NCBI GenBank assembly: GCA_947445855.1
Contig: CANFEH010000002.1
Location: 1 to 51,240, forward strand
Length of the DNA stretch: 51,240 nt
DNA from: Zetaproteobacteria bacterium
GTDB taxonomy: Bacteria > Bdellovibrionota_B > Oligoflexia > Oligoflexales > Bog-1112
Reading direction: 5' to 3'
Part shown: positions 17,842-26,318 of the stretch, piece after piece
Layout: the number at the start of each line of letters is the position of its first letter
Position numbering within the stretch: the stretch's first letter is position 1
The notes under the pieces: generated by a model
Database searches by the model: none
The model's input: only the letters and a program-made list of their open reading frames with translations
Told to the model about the DNA's origin: nothing
Program-made: the position numbers and the translations under genes

Positions 17842-18555
17842 ATGAAATTTGGCCTAATTGTAGATTTAGAAACAACCGGATTAGACTGCTATAATGATAA
17901 AATTATTGAAATTGGCCTTCTAAAAATATCACTCGATGAAAACTATAAAACTGATCTTATCGCTTCTTACAGTGAGCTTGAAGACCCTAAAAAACCTTTA
18001 CCCTCTAATATAGAAAAAATTACAGGTTTGAATGATTCTTTACTCAAAGATCGCAAAATTAACTGGCAAAAAGTAAGAGAATTTTTTCAAGAGTCTTCTT
18101 TTGTCATTGCTCATAATATGCCCTTTGATCGCTCTTTCCTTGAGCACATTGATATTCTGAAAGAACTTCAAACTCATTGGGTATGCTCACAAAGACATAT
18201 TGATTGGAAAAAACACGGATTCAAATCACAAGCCCTAAACTATCTTGCTTGTGACCATGGGTTTGTAAATCCATTTGCTCACAGAGCTCTTTTTGATTGT
18301 GCTACAACCTTTCGGCTCATAGCTCCTTATATGAAAGAACTTCTTACAAAAAGTTATGAATCCACATATGAACTCATGGCAAATGGAGCCCCTTTTAGTC
18401 TTAAAGATAATCTTAAAGATAGAGGTTATCTTTGGAGTCCAGAAAAAAAAGTCTGGTTTAAACATGTCTTCGAAAGCGATCTAAAAGAAGAACAAGAATT
18501 TCTCACAAGAGATATTTATGCTGGAAAAGCACTCTATGAAGAAAGAAAATTATAG
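17842..18555 (+). CDS. DEDDh (DnaQ-like) 3'-5' exonuclease with an extra C-terminal module
   Basis: ExoI VDLETTGL, ExoII AHNMPFDRSFL, ExoIII HRALFDCATT. The ATG at 17842 puts ExoI at residue 8, as is usual. The ORF track starts at a GTG at 17785. C-terminal APFSLKDNLKDRGYLWSPEKKVWF motif. Confidence 0.8.
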   Translation: MKFGLIVDLETTGLDCYNDKIIEIGLLKISLDENYKTDLIASYSELEDPKKPLPSNIEKITGLNDSLLKDRKINWQKVREFFQESSFVIAHNMPFDRSFLEHIDILKELQTHWVCSQRHIDWKKHGFKSQALNYLACDHGFVNPFAHRALFDCATTFRLIAPYMKELLTKSYESTYELMANGAPFSLKDNLKDRGYLWSPEKKVWFKHVFESDLKEEQEFLTRDIYAGKALYEERKL

Positions 18556-18585
18556 GATCTTAAAAAGACGTAAATATTTTTTTAA

Positions 18586-19206
18586 CTAAATTTTGTTGTT
18601 ACTTGTCTTTTTTAGAGCAAAAAATAAAATCCCACCGACAAGACAAACACCAAGAACCGTATAAAAGCCCCACTGAAACTGACGTAATTTTTCAGAAAGC
18701 AGCTCTAAATTAGAACTTAACTTATAGGCTAACCAAACCCAAACAGGAACAGAAACAAGGGCTGCTATTCCATCAAAAAAAAGAAATTTCCAATATGGCA
18801 CACGGTAACTACCTGCAGAAAAGAAAACGGCAACTCGAAGCCCTGGTGCAAAACGTGCCAAAAAAACAGACTTGTCGCCATGCTTCTGAAACCAACCTGC
18901 TATTTTCTTTTCGCGAGGTTCTGTAAAAATATAACGAAAGAGAAAACTCTTTTTAAGTTTTTCGCCGAAAGTTTTCCCTAAAAAGAAAACTGTAGAATCT
19001 CCTAATAAAACCCCTAAAAAACAAACAAGAAGAGCATACCAAAAGTTTACATACCCAAGCCCAGAGAGAAGACCTGCTGCTAGCAAAGGAACATCTTCAG
19101 GCAACGGAAAACCAAAGCCACAAGCCAATAATACAAGAAATATCAAATAGATACCCTTGTCCCCGTAAGTTTCTAACCAACTTAAGAAGCTAAGAACCTT
19201 ATCCAT
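18586..19206 (-). CDS. dedA: DedA-family (SNARE-associated/VTT) membrane protein
   Basis: GFGFPLPEDVPLLAAGLL motif followed by multiple TM helices. 206 aa. Confidence 0.8.
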   Translation of the reverse strand: MDKVLSFLSWLETYGDKGIYLIFLVLLACGFGFPLPEDVPLLAAGLLSGLGYVNFWYALLVCFLGVLLGDSTVFFLGKTFGEKLKKSFLFRYIFTEPREKKIAGWFQKHGDKSVFLARFAPGLRVAVFFSAGSYRVPYWKFLFFDGIAALVSVPVWVWLAYKLSSNLELLSEKLRQFQWGFYTVLGVCLVGGILFFALKKTSNNKI

Positions 19207-19370
19207 AGCTTATCACCTTCAAAGTAAATCCAAGCAAAAAGTAATTCTTTTATTAGCCAATATGCCATAAAAGAACTCGTAATACTAGTCGCAAGGTAAA
19301 TAGAGAAAATCTTCCTAATAGATAATCATTTGCCATGAAAACGCTCAAAAAACAAGAAGGGATAAAGACC

Positions 19371-21536
19371 TTAAGGACTGATCTCAGTAGAAGAACTAAG
19401 AGCTGCTCGAGGCGAGAAGAAATTTTCCTCTGTCGAAATAAAAGCAGCATCTCGCAGCTTTAAAAAACAAAAAGATGATGGAGGCCCTAAAGAAATTATT
19501 TTTTGGAATTTTTCTGAAAGCTCTGTGTAACCAAAAGCCCCCACATCTTGCACACCCAGTAAAAACAACAAGGAAATAAATTGTCTTTGTGCAAAAGAAG
19601 GGAAGGACTGGTTTTTTAATTGAATCTCACGAAGTAAACAGGCCTCAGAATTCAAAACAGGGAGGCTTTTCAAAGGAACCATTAAAACTGAAGTCACATT
19701 TCCTGCTACTAAAAAATATTTTGTTAAAGCCACAGCATAAATAAATTCACTCATACTCATAGGCGAATCAAAAGAAGGTTCTAGCTTTAAAGCTTTAATT
19801 CCTAATGTTTCTTTCTGTAACATTATAAAGCTATTTAACTTAGACAAAAAAACTTTCCACAAAAAACCTGTCCCATCTACACGAGCATTGAGTTCAAGCT
19901 TTGCTGTTGTAGACAAACCAGACAAATGAGCTTGCTTATGCAACGTAATAATCTCTGAATTTGTCAAAGCTCCTTCAAACTCTTGTGAAGAACTTTCAAC
20001 CATATTGACATGAAGAGAGACAAGTTCTGTAAAAATTTCTTTCAGCTCTTTTTTTTTAGATTGTGCTACTTTCCACAAAAACAAAAATCCAGATAGAACA
20101 ACTTGAAGATCAGGCATTTGTTCTCTTAACATTCTTAACCTAAGGAGAAGACCTTCCCAGTGAGCAATAAAATCGCTTTCATTTTCATCTTCAGCATAAG
20201 AAGACAAATCAAGACGACAGAAAACTACACTATATTCTGTTTTTGCTTTGAGTAGAACAGGCCAAAACTCGCTCAATTCACCTTCAAGGTTCATGTCCAC
20301 AGAAACTCCAAAACTCATCTCTTTCAAAGGAGAAGAAGAACAAGAAGAAGAAAGAGCTGTGTTATTATTATCTTTTACCAAATCAAAAAAATCACTGTTC
20401 TTTGCAAAGTGAATCGAAGCTTCAAGAAAAAAATCATAATCTTTTGGAGTTGGTAAAATATCATAGAATCTCTGGCTCAATTCTTTTTTATTTTCAAAAG
20501 ATTTTTCTTCTAAACTTTTTTCTTCCACCGGTGTTTTACGTGCCCGCAAAATAAGATCACGAACCCTTTGTCTTGTTACAAAAAAATCTTGATCACCTGA
20601 CTCATTCGCCCAAACTGATCCAATAGCACCGGCACCAAAGGAAGTAGCTACCTGAGCAAGATCAGGACCATAGATTGTCCAATTAGCTCGAATCGTTTTA
20701 ATATTATCAAGAAACAAACGTGATAAAGCAATGAATCTCAAATCCTCTGAAGCAGATGGTATTTCTTTTACCTCATCTCGCAGAATAGAAAAACTACTAG
20801 GATATGGTGTGAGAGAACTCACTCCTCCTGTTCTATCTTGAAGATCTCTTATGGATTGTATAAATTCAAAATAAGATTTTTCTTGTCCTGTATGAGAATA
20901 TGGCAAGCTAAGACTAGATGTAAGACCTGCGTCATGAGCCATTTCATGAATTAACAAAAAATCTTTTAATTTAAAATCTCGTGTAATCAGTTTCTTTGTA
21001 TACACAGAAAAAATTTGTGTATTCACATCTGCAAGACCATCTAAACCAGCTTCTTTGAAAGAATTTAAAATATCCACCCACGGCAAAGTAGTTTCTTTTG
21101 CAAAAAAATCAATCTCTACTGCATTAAAAGCTCGCACGAAAAGATTTGGAAAATAGGATTTCAGTTTTTTAAAAACTTCCAAATAAAAATCAAACTTCTT
21201 TTCATGAAAAATTTCCCTTCCAATATAAACTTCACTCACACCATGCTTAATTGCTTTTTCTAAAGAAAAAAGATGTTCTGAAAAAGATCTCCTTTGAGAC
21301 AACGCTCCCTGGTTTAAAAAAGATGAATTTTCTGCTTGAAGAAAAAATATTTCAGGTAGGCCAAAAGCATAAACAAGATTATAAGAAATTTGAGTCCCAT
21401 TTATTTTCTTTTGAAAAAAATCAGCAAGCTCACCAATAGCAAATAAATCTTCTTCATAATAAAGACTGATCAAATCTTCTAAAGAAAGCCTTTCCCCTCT
21501 TTCTATTTTTCCTGCTATAGCAACAAAAGAACCCAT
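19371..21536 (-). CDS. Two-domain MqnC/MqnE/CofH-like protein lacking the radical-SAM Cys motif (function unknown)
   Basis: N-terminal GERLSLEDLISLYYEEDLFAIGELADFFQKK..ISYN, mid SLPYSHTGQEKSYFEFIQSIRDLQDRTGG and RFIALSRLFLDNIKTIRANWTIYGPDLAQVATSFGAGAIGS all resemble futalosine-pathway/FO-synthase radical-SAM enzymes. No Cys occurs in the first ~395 aa. The second half repeats the pattern more weakly. Confidence 0.5.
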   Translation of the reverse strand: MGSFVAIAGKIERGERLSLEDLISLYYEEDLFAIGELADFFQKKINGTQISYNLVYAFGLPEIFFLQAENSSFLNQGALSQRRSFSEHLFSLEKAIKHGVSEVYIGREIFHEKKFDFYLEVFKKLKSYFPNLFVRAFNAVEIDFFAKETTLPWVDILNSFKEAGLDGLADVNTQIFSVYTKKLITRDFKLKDFLLIHEMAHDAGLTSSLSLPYSHTGQEKSYFEFIQSIRDLQDRTGGVSSLTPYPSSFSILRDEVKEIPSASEDLRFIALSRLFLDNIKTIRANWTIYGPDLAQVATSFGAGAIGSVWANESGDQDFFVTRQRVRDLILRARKTPVEEKSLEEKSFENKKELSQRFYDILPTPKDYDFFLEASIHFAKNSDFFDLVKDNNNTALSSSCSSSPLKEMSFGVSVDMNLEGELSEFWPVLLKAKTEYSVVFCRLDLSSYAEDENESDFIAHWEGLLLRLRMLREQMPDLQVVLSGFLFLWKVAQSKKKELKEIFTELVSLHVNMVESSSQEFEGALTNSEIITLHKQAHLSGLSTTAKLELNARVDGTGFLWKVFLSKLNSFIMLQKETLGIKALKLEPSFDSPMSMSEFIYAVALTKYFLVAGNVTSVLMVPLKSLPVLNSEACLLREIQLKNQSFPSFAQRQFISLLFLLGVQDVGAFGYTELSEKFQKIISLGPPSSFCFLKLRDAAFISTEENFFSPRAALSSSTEISP

Positions 21537-21607
21537 TAAACCCTCTTAAAATAAGCAAAAAAAGAGACTTTTTTTATAATATTATAACTATTATTTATCT
21601 TTAAAAC

Positions 21608-22558
21608 TCAAGCAGAGTAGGCCTTAAACACAGCATTTGTACCAAACTGATCCACCAAAGCTTGGTGCTGATCTTCTCTCTTCCGGGGATCTAAAAGAGC
21701 AAGTAAACAACCACCACCACCAGAACCTGTTATTTTTACAGCAAGGGCACCTAAATCTAAAATTTCCTTCGCAATCTGAGAAGCCTTTTGTGTCACGACA
21801 CCAAGATCATTTAGAAGACTTCCTGCTTCCATTAAAATCTCAGAAGCTTTAAAAATATTTCCCGTTGTGAGAGCTTTTATTAATCCTTTGGCAAGAGCAT
21901 CAAAGCGTTGTAGGAGGGCTGCTCCTTTTTTACTAGCAAAAATTTTTCTCGTCTTTTCTACCATGGTGAAAGTTTCTTTTCTCTCTAGAGTATCCACCAA
22001 TACAAAAGGAAAAAAGTCACTCCGTCCCACCTTTTCGTTTTGCCAATTAAAAGAACATAAAAGAGGTTTTTTACCTTTTTCAAAAATAAGAGGCTTTTCA
22101 TAAGCAATCACAGAAGTGTCTAAACCAGAAGGAAAACCATGAAAAGCCTCCTCCAGAGTGTTCGCCATTTTAGCTAAATCTTCCTCTGATAAAATCGATT
22201 CAAAATAAAGGGATAATAATCGAAGGAGCCCCACACATAAAGCAGCTGAAGAACCAAGACCAGAGCCAATTAAAATATCTGATTGAACACGAAAGGAAGC
22301 TTTAAAAATATCTTGTCCAAAGAGGGCACAAGCTTTTGCAAGTAAATCTTGAAAACGAACAGAGAGTTTTTCTAGTTTTTTTCCTCGTACAAAAAAACTA
22401 TGCTCAACTTCTGAGTCACTAAAGAACATCTCAAGATTCATGCGAATACCACTAAGAGGCAAAGCCACTGCTTGTGCTCCATGAACCACAGCGTGCTCTC
22501 CGATAAGAATAACTTTCCCAGAAGCACTCGTTTGATAGAATCTGCTTTTTTCTCTCAT
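21608..22558 (-). CDS. mvk: Mevalonate kinase (GHMP kinase)
   Basis: GKVILIGEHAVVHG, GSGLGSSAA (GHMP motif II) and TGSGGGGC (motif III). 316 aa. Confidence 0.9.
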   Translation of the reverse strand: MREKSRFYQTSASGKVILIGEHAVVHGAQAVALPLSGIRMNLEMFFSDSEVEHSFFVRGKKLEKLSVRFQDLLAKACALFGQDIFKASFRVQSDILIGSGLGSSAALCVGLLRLLSLYFESILSEEDLAKMANTLEEAFHGFPSGLDTSVIAYEKPLIFEKGKKPLLCSFNWQNEKVGRSDFFPFVLVDTLERKETFTMVEKTRKIFASKKGAALLQRFDALAKGLIKALTTGNIFKASEILMEAGSLLNDLGVVTQKASQIAKEILDLGALAVKITGSGGGGCLLALLDPRKREDQHQALVDQFGTNAVFKAYSA

Positions 22559-22615
22559 GCGATCATCCTAGTGATCAGGCTTAGCTATTTTTTTCACCAA
22601 ACCTATCCCAAAAAA

Positions 22616-23869
22616 TTATTCATTAATAGCAGAAACTCGCATCCTCTGCTCATTGATATTCTTTGCATGTAAGCCCATATGACCTTTTTGAATACCTTCT
22701 GTTGCTAAAGCTTTTAAAGCTGATAAGTTCTGCGCCAAACCAACACAAGCAACAATTTCAGCTAACTCGTCTGCTGTAGGTGTTCCTAAAATTTTTAAGG
22801 CTAGCTGAGCCATTGGATGTAATTTTGTCACTCCCCCGACTGTTCCAAGAGCCATAGGGAGCTCAATAACTCCAAAGAGTTCTCCCTTCAAAGTTTTTGA
22901 CCATTTTGTAAGGGGTTTATAAGAGCCACTTCTAGCAGCAAAAGCATGAGCTCCAGCTTCTACAGCACGCCAATCATTTCCTGTTGCAATGACAACAGGA
23001 TCAATACCATTCATCACACCTTTATTGTGAGTGCTAGCTCTCAGCACATCAAAATAAGCAAACTCATAAGCACGAATAATTTGATCAACTACAAGCTCCC
23101 CATCTCCTTTAGGACTTAAAGTCTCTGGAGAAATAATACAACTTGCTTCGACTGTTCTTTCAAGAGTCAAATTAGTTAGAATGCGTAAACCTACTTCACA
23201 ATTTCCAAGAAGTTTTGCCAAAAAAACAGATAACTTCTCGCACAAGGTGTTTACAATATTCGCACCCATAGCATCGCAAGTACCAACATGAAGAAGAACA
23301 ACAAGACAAGAAAGTTCGGGAATTGTATACCAAGTGAGATTTGTAACCCCACCACCTCGAGTCAACAAACGCTCTTGACCACTATTAGCAAAAGCTATGG
23401 CTTCTTCTTTATGATCTGAAAGAATTCTTTCAAAATCACAACTAAGATCAGGAAAAAATTGCATCTGTCCTGTCATCTGAGGATTTTTATTGACTCGAGC
23501 TTTGAAACCACCCCGAGCAGCAACTAACTTAGCTCCATGGCTTGCTGCTGCTACTACACTGCTCTCTTCTACAGCCATTGGGACTAAATAAGGTTTACCG
23601 TTGATCACAAAATTTGGAGCAACCCCAAGAGGAAGGGAAAAAACACCAACTGTATTCTCAATAAATAGATGAGCCAAATGCTTATCTAGGTTTCCATAAT
23701 TAGAAAGAGTTTCGAGTTGAGAACGCTCCAAACCCGCAAAATCAGCTAAGGTCTCTAAGCGCTCTTCCTCAGAAAAATTATAAAATCCTGGTATCACTGA
23801 AGATTTGTTATTGTTTTTAAGCAAGGTTCTAACTCTCCCAACATAGGAACTTGGCGGAAAAATTAACAC
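22616..23869 (-). CDS. mvaA: Class II hydroxymethylglutaryl-CoA reductase
   Basis: ENTVG, VEESSVVAAAS, DAMGANIVN, THNKGVMNGIDPVVIATGNDWRAVEAGAHAF and LATEGIQKGHMGLHA closely parallel Pseudomonas mevalonii MvaA. GTG start. Confidence 0.92.
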   Translation of the reverse strand: MLIFPPSSYVGRVRTLLKNNNKSSVIPGFYNFSEEERLETLADFAGLERSQLETLSNYGNLDKHLAHLFIENTVGVFSLPLGVAPNFVINGKPYLVPMAVEESSVVAAASHGAKLVAARGGFKARVNKNPQMTGQMQFFPDLSCDFERILSDHKEEAIAFANSGQERLLTRGGGVTNLTWYTIPELSCLVVLLHVGTCDAMGANIVNTLCEKLSVFLAKLLGNCEVGLRILTNLTLERTVEASCIISPETLSPKGDGELVVDQIIRAYEFAYFDVLRASTHNKGVMNGIDPVVIATGNDWRAVEAGAHAFAARSGSYKPLTKWSKTLKGELFGVIELPMALGTVGGVTKLHPMAQLALKILGTPTADELAEIVACVGLAQNLSALKALATEGIQKGHMGLHAKNINEQRMRVSAINE

Positions 23870-24040
23870 ACTTCCCTTAAAATAGCTACTTTATCTTAAA
23901 GAAGTAAAGCCTTTGCTTGTAGCAAGGCTCATGTCTCGTTTCAAATACAAACTTTACTGAAGAAGAAATGAATGAGAAGATCCTGAAAACAGAAAGCTCG
24001 GACGAGAAACAAAATAAAGCGTTGAAAGGAGAAAGCTCTT

Positions 24041-24844
24041 TTGATTTCCTGCGAAGGTGTCCATAAATCTTACGGTTCTTTTCAACTCCTTAGGAATATC
24101 ACTTTTCATATCAAAAAAGGGGAAAAAGTCAGCCTGATTGGCCCAGGAGGTTGTGGTAAGACTACTCTTCTAAAACTTCTCCTCGGACTTGTTCCCTTTG
24201 AAGGTGGCCATACATCTATCCTTGGAACTGATATGCAAAACAGTAAAAGATATATTCAAAACGAAATTTTTAAAAAAATTGGTGTCTCTTTTCAAAATGG
24301 CGGGCTTTTTGACTTCATGACTGTAGAAGAAAATCTTAATTTTGCCATGATACACATGACAGAAAAAAATGAACTCACACGAATGGAGACCATTAAGACA
24401 TTACTCTCTGCTGTAAAGCTCCCCGGTACAGAAAAACTCTACCCACACGAACTTTCAGGAGGAATGAAAAGAAGAGTTGGAATAGCTAGAGCCTTAGCAA
24501 CAGATCCCCTCGTTGCTTTATTTGACGAGCCCACTTCAGGCTTAGACCCAGTGACCTCTACGATTATCCTCGAGATGATTTCTAATTTAGCTACCCAGAA
24601 AGAAGGGATGACTCTTCTTGTTGCTACATCAAACGTAGAGATTGCTATCCGTTTTGCGGATCGCATTATCATCGTCCACAATGGAAAAGTTATTGCAGAT
24701 GGGCCTTGGCGTTCTCTTCTTATAGAAGGATCCGATTGGGTAAAACATTTTTTGTCTGTACGACTCATTGGACTAGACTTGGAATATGCAAGAGATCTCA
24801 ACCTACCGGATGAGTTTATTGAAAAACATTGGAACTCAAAATAA
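24041..24844 (+). CDS. ABC transporter ATP-binding protein (MlaF-like), no adjacent permease
   Basis: Walker A GPGGCGKTT, signature LSGGMKRRVGIARAL, Walker B LFDEPTSGLDP. TTG start 9 nt after AAGGAG. Confidence 0.8.
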   Translation: MISCEGVHKSYGSFQLLRNITFHIKKGEKVSLIGPGGCGKTTLLKLLLGLVPFEGGHTSILGTDMQNSKRYIQNEIFKKIGVSFQNGGLFDFMTVEENLNFAMIHMTEKNELTRMETIKTLLSAVKLPGTEKLYPHELSGGMKRRVGIARALATDPLVALFDEPTSGLDPVTSTIILEMISNLATQKEGMTLLVATSNVEIAIRFADRIIIVHNGKVIADGPWRSLLIEGSDWVKHFLSVRLIGLDLEYARDLNLPDEFIEKHWNSK

Positions 24845-24874
24845 CTGGCGATATTTTTTTGGATTGCGCTCTAT

Positions 24875-24909
24875 AAAAAAAAAGAGAGGAAGAACGTTTC
24901 TTCCCCTCT
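24875..24909 (-). terminator. Intrinsic terminator of the HU gene
   Basis: GGAAGAA (24888-24894) / TTCTTCC (24898-24904) with a 3-nt loop. The stem extends by 4 more bp across a 1x1 mismatch. On the minus strand it is followed by T9 (A9 at 24875-24883 on +). Confidence 0.75.
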
Positions 24910-24943
24910 AGAGAGTATAACTCTCTACTCGTCAAAAAGAATA

Positions 24944-25225
24944 TTACTTCTTCTTTTCAGCACAGCTCTTAAGAACTGTACCTGCTTTAAATGTTGGTAC
25001 CCAACGTGATGGAATCTTAATTTCAGCACCTGTTTGTGGATTACGACCTGTTCTTGCTTTTCTCTTTGTTGAATTAAAAGTACCGAAACCAGCTAGACGA
25101 ACACCATCTTTACGGATGTTGTCGTAAATAGCTTTAGTAAAAGATGTGATCATCTTGTCAGCCATAGCTTTTGAAATTTCTAGATCTTCTGCGATGTAAT
25201 CTACTAAATCACCTTTGTTCATCAT
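24944..25225 (-). CDS. hup: HU-family nucleoid-associated DNA-binding protein
   Basis: 93 aa. GFGTFNSTKRKARTGRNPQTGAEIKIP arm motif and the N-terminal helix pair typical of HU/IHF. Confidence 0.92.
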   Translation of the reverse strand: MMNKGDLVDYIAEDLEISKAMADKMITSFTKAIYDNIRKDGVRLAGFGTFNSTKRKARTGRNPQTGAEIKIPSRWVPTFKAGTVLKSCAEKKK

Positions 25226-25330
25226 AATTTCCTTTCTGGTGGAAGGTTAACAGTCTGAAATTATGTTACCCATGATCTCAGTAGGAAAGCAAGTAGTTTA
25301 TAAAAAATATTAATAGCCTTCTCCACCTTA

Positions 25331-25363
25331 CGAGAAAAGAGAAGCTTCATTTTTCTATGAAGC
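25331..25363 (-). terminator. Probable intrinsic terminator after the 25446-26150 gene
   Basis: GCTTCAT (25344-25350) / ATGAAGC (25357-25363) with a 6-nt loop. On the minus strand it is followed by the T-rich TTCTCTTTTCTCG. Confidence 0.5.
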
Positions 25364-25445
25364 AAGTTTTTAAAGAGAAATATTGAAGAGAAGATATGCT
25401 TAAAAAACACGCAGCTCAGAATAAAAAAGAGACAATCAACAAACC

Positions 25446-26150
25446 CTAGAAGGCTTTATCATAAACAGCTTTGTGAAAGTCTATGAAAGCAGAAATATCC
25501 TCTTTGATTCCACTTTCTGCTGGCCCCTTAAACATAAACTGAGGAACACCTTTTGGTTTTACAATAGTCACTGTTCTTGTAAAGGTTACTTTCGCCCCAC
25601 TTGTTGACAACCTGAGAGAACTCTCTTCAATCACCTTGTAAGTGTACTTAGCATTGCCATTAGAAGCTTCATCTACAAGCTTTGGCGAAGCACTGCTTTC
25701 ATAGTGCGTCGTAAAGACATCATCTCCACTTCTCTCGGCACTCATAGAAGCTTCTATAGCAAGAACTCCGTGGGGAGTTGGTCTTGTGTGCACAAGCTTG
25801 AAGGATGAATCTACTTCGCTTTTTATATTAAAAGACTCTACCCCTTTTTTTACATCCCCTTTGAAAGGTTTTTTATAAGATCTTAGAGTGTCTTCATAAG
25901 CGTGTTGAAGCTTCTCTAAATCAGCTTTTTTAACTCCTTTAATTTTGCAGCTCTGGGAAGCTACAAAAGTAAAAAGCTCTTTTTCTTTCTTTTTCCCTTC
26001 AAAATAAATTTCTTTTTTTTGTTCATTTTCCAGTTTTGTACTTGGTGCGTGACAGTCAAGTGTTACTTCTGCAAAAGAAAATAATGATGTCCCAAAACCA
26101 CAAACAAGACCTGTGACAAATAAAACCTTCCTAATACCCTTAAATACCAT
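25446..26150 (-). CDS. Hypothetical secreted protein
   Basis: ATG at 26150 follows AAGGGA. Signal peptide MVFKGIRKVLFVTGLVCGFGTSLFSFA. No domain recognised. Confidence 0.6.
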   Translation of the reverse strand: MVFKGIRKVLFVTGLVCGFGTSLFSFAEVTLDCHAPSTKLENEQKKEIYFEGKKKEKELFTFVASQSCKIKGVKKADLEKLQHAYEDTLRSYKKPFKGDVKKGVESFNIKSEVDSSFKLVHTRPTPHGVLAIEASMSAERSGDDVFTTHYESSASPKLVDEASNGNAKYTYKVIEESSLRLSTSGAKVTFTRTVTIVKPKGVPQFMFKGPAESGIKEDISAFIDFHKAVYDKAF

Positions 26151-26249
26151 AGTTTTCCCTTTGCTTTTTTTTGATTTCTTAATGTTCTTTAACGCTAACA
26201 AAAAAAAAAACTAAACGGAATAATGAAAGTTTTTACAGATAATTATTTA

Positions 26250-26278
26250 TTGTAACTCAGCTTCTAGAGCCCTAGAAT
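26250..26278 (+). promoter_or_regulatory. Sigma70-like promoter TTGTAA-17 nt-TAGAAT with an abutting 10-bp palindrome
   Basis: TTGTAA at 26250-26255 and TAGAAT at 26273-26278. The perfect palindrome ATCTTAAGAT at 26277-26286 overlaps the -10/+1 region. About 40 nt upstream of the GDSL hydrolase start. Confidence 0.45.
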
Positions 26279-26318
26279 CTTAAGATCTTAGTCTTTTTTT
26301 TTAAAAAGGATTTTTACG

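Noticed and set aside
19253-19450. 65-aa ORF overlapping the 3' end of the 721-aa gene. It could hint at a frameshift.
   Set aside because: The 721-aa frame ends naturally and the short frame has no supporting features. There is no evidence for a frameshifted extension.
22472-22672. 66-aa + strand ORF spanning the mvk/hmgR junction.
   Set aside because: It is antisense to two strongly supported genes and has no RBS.
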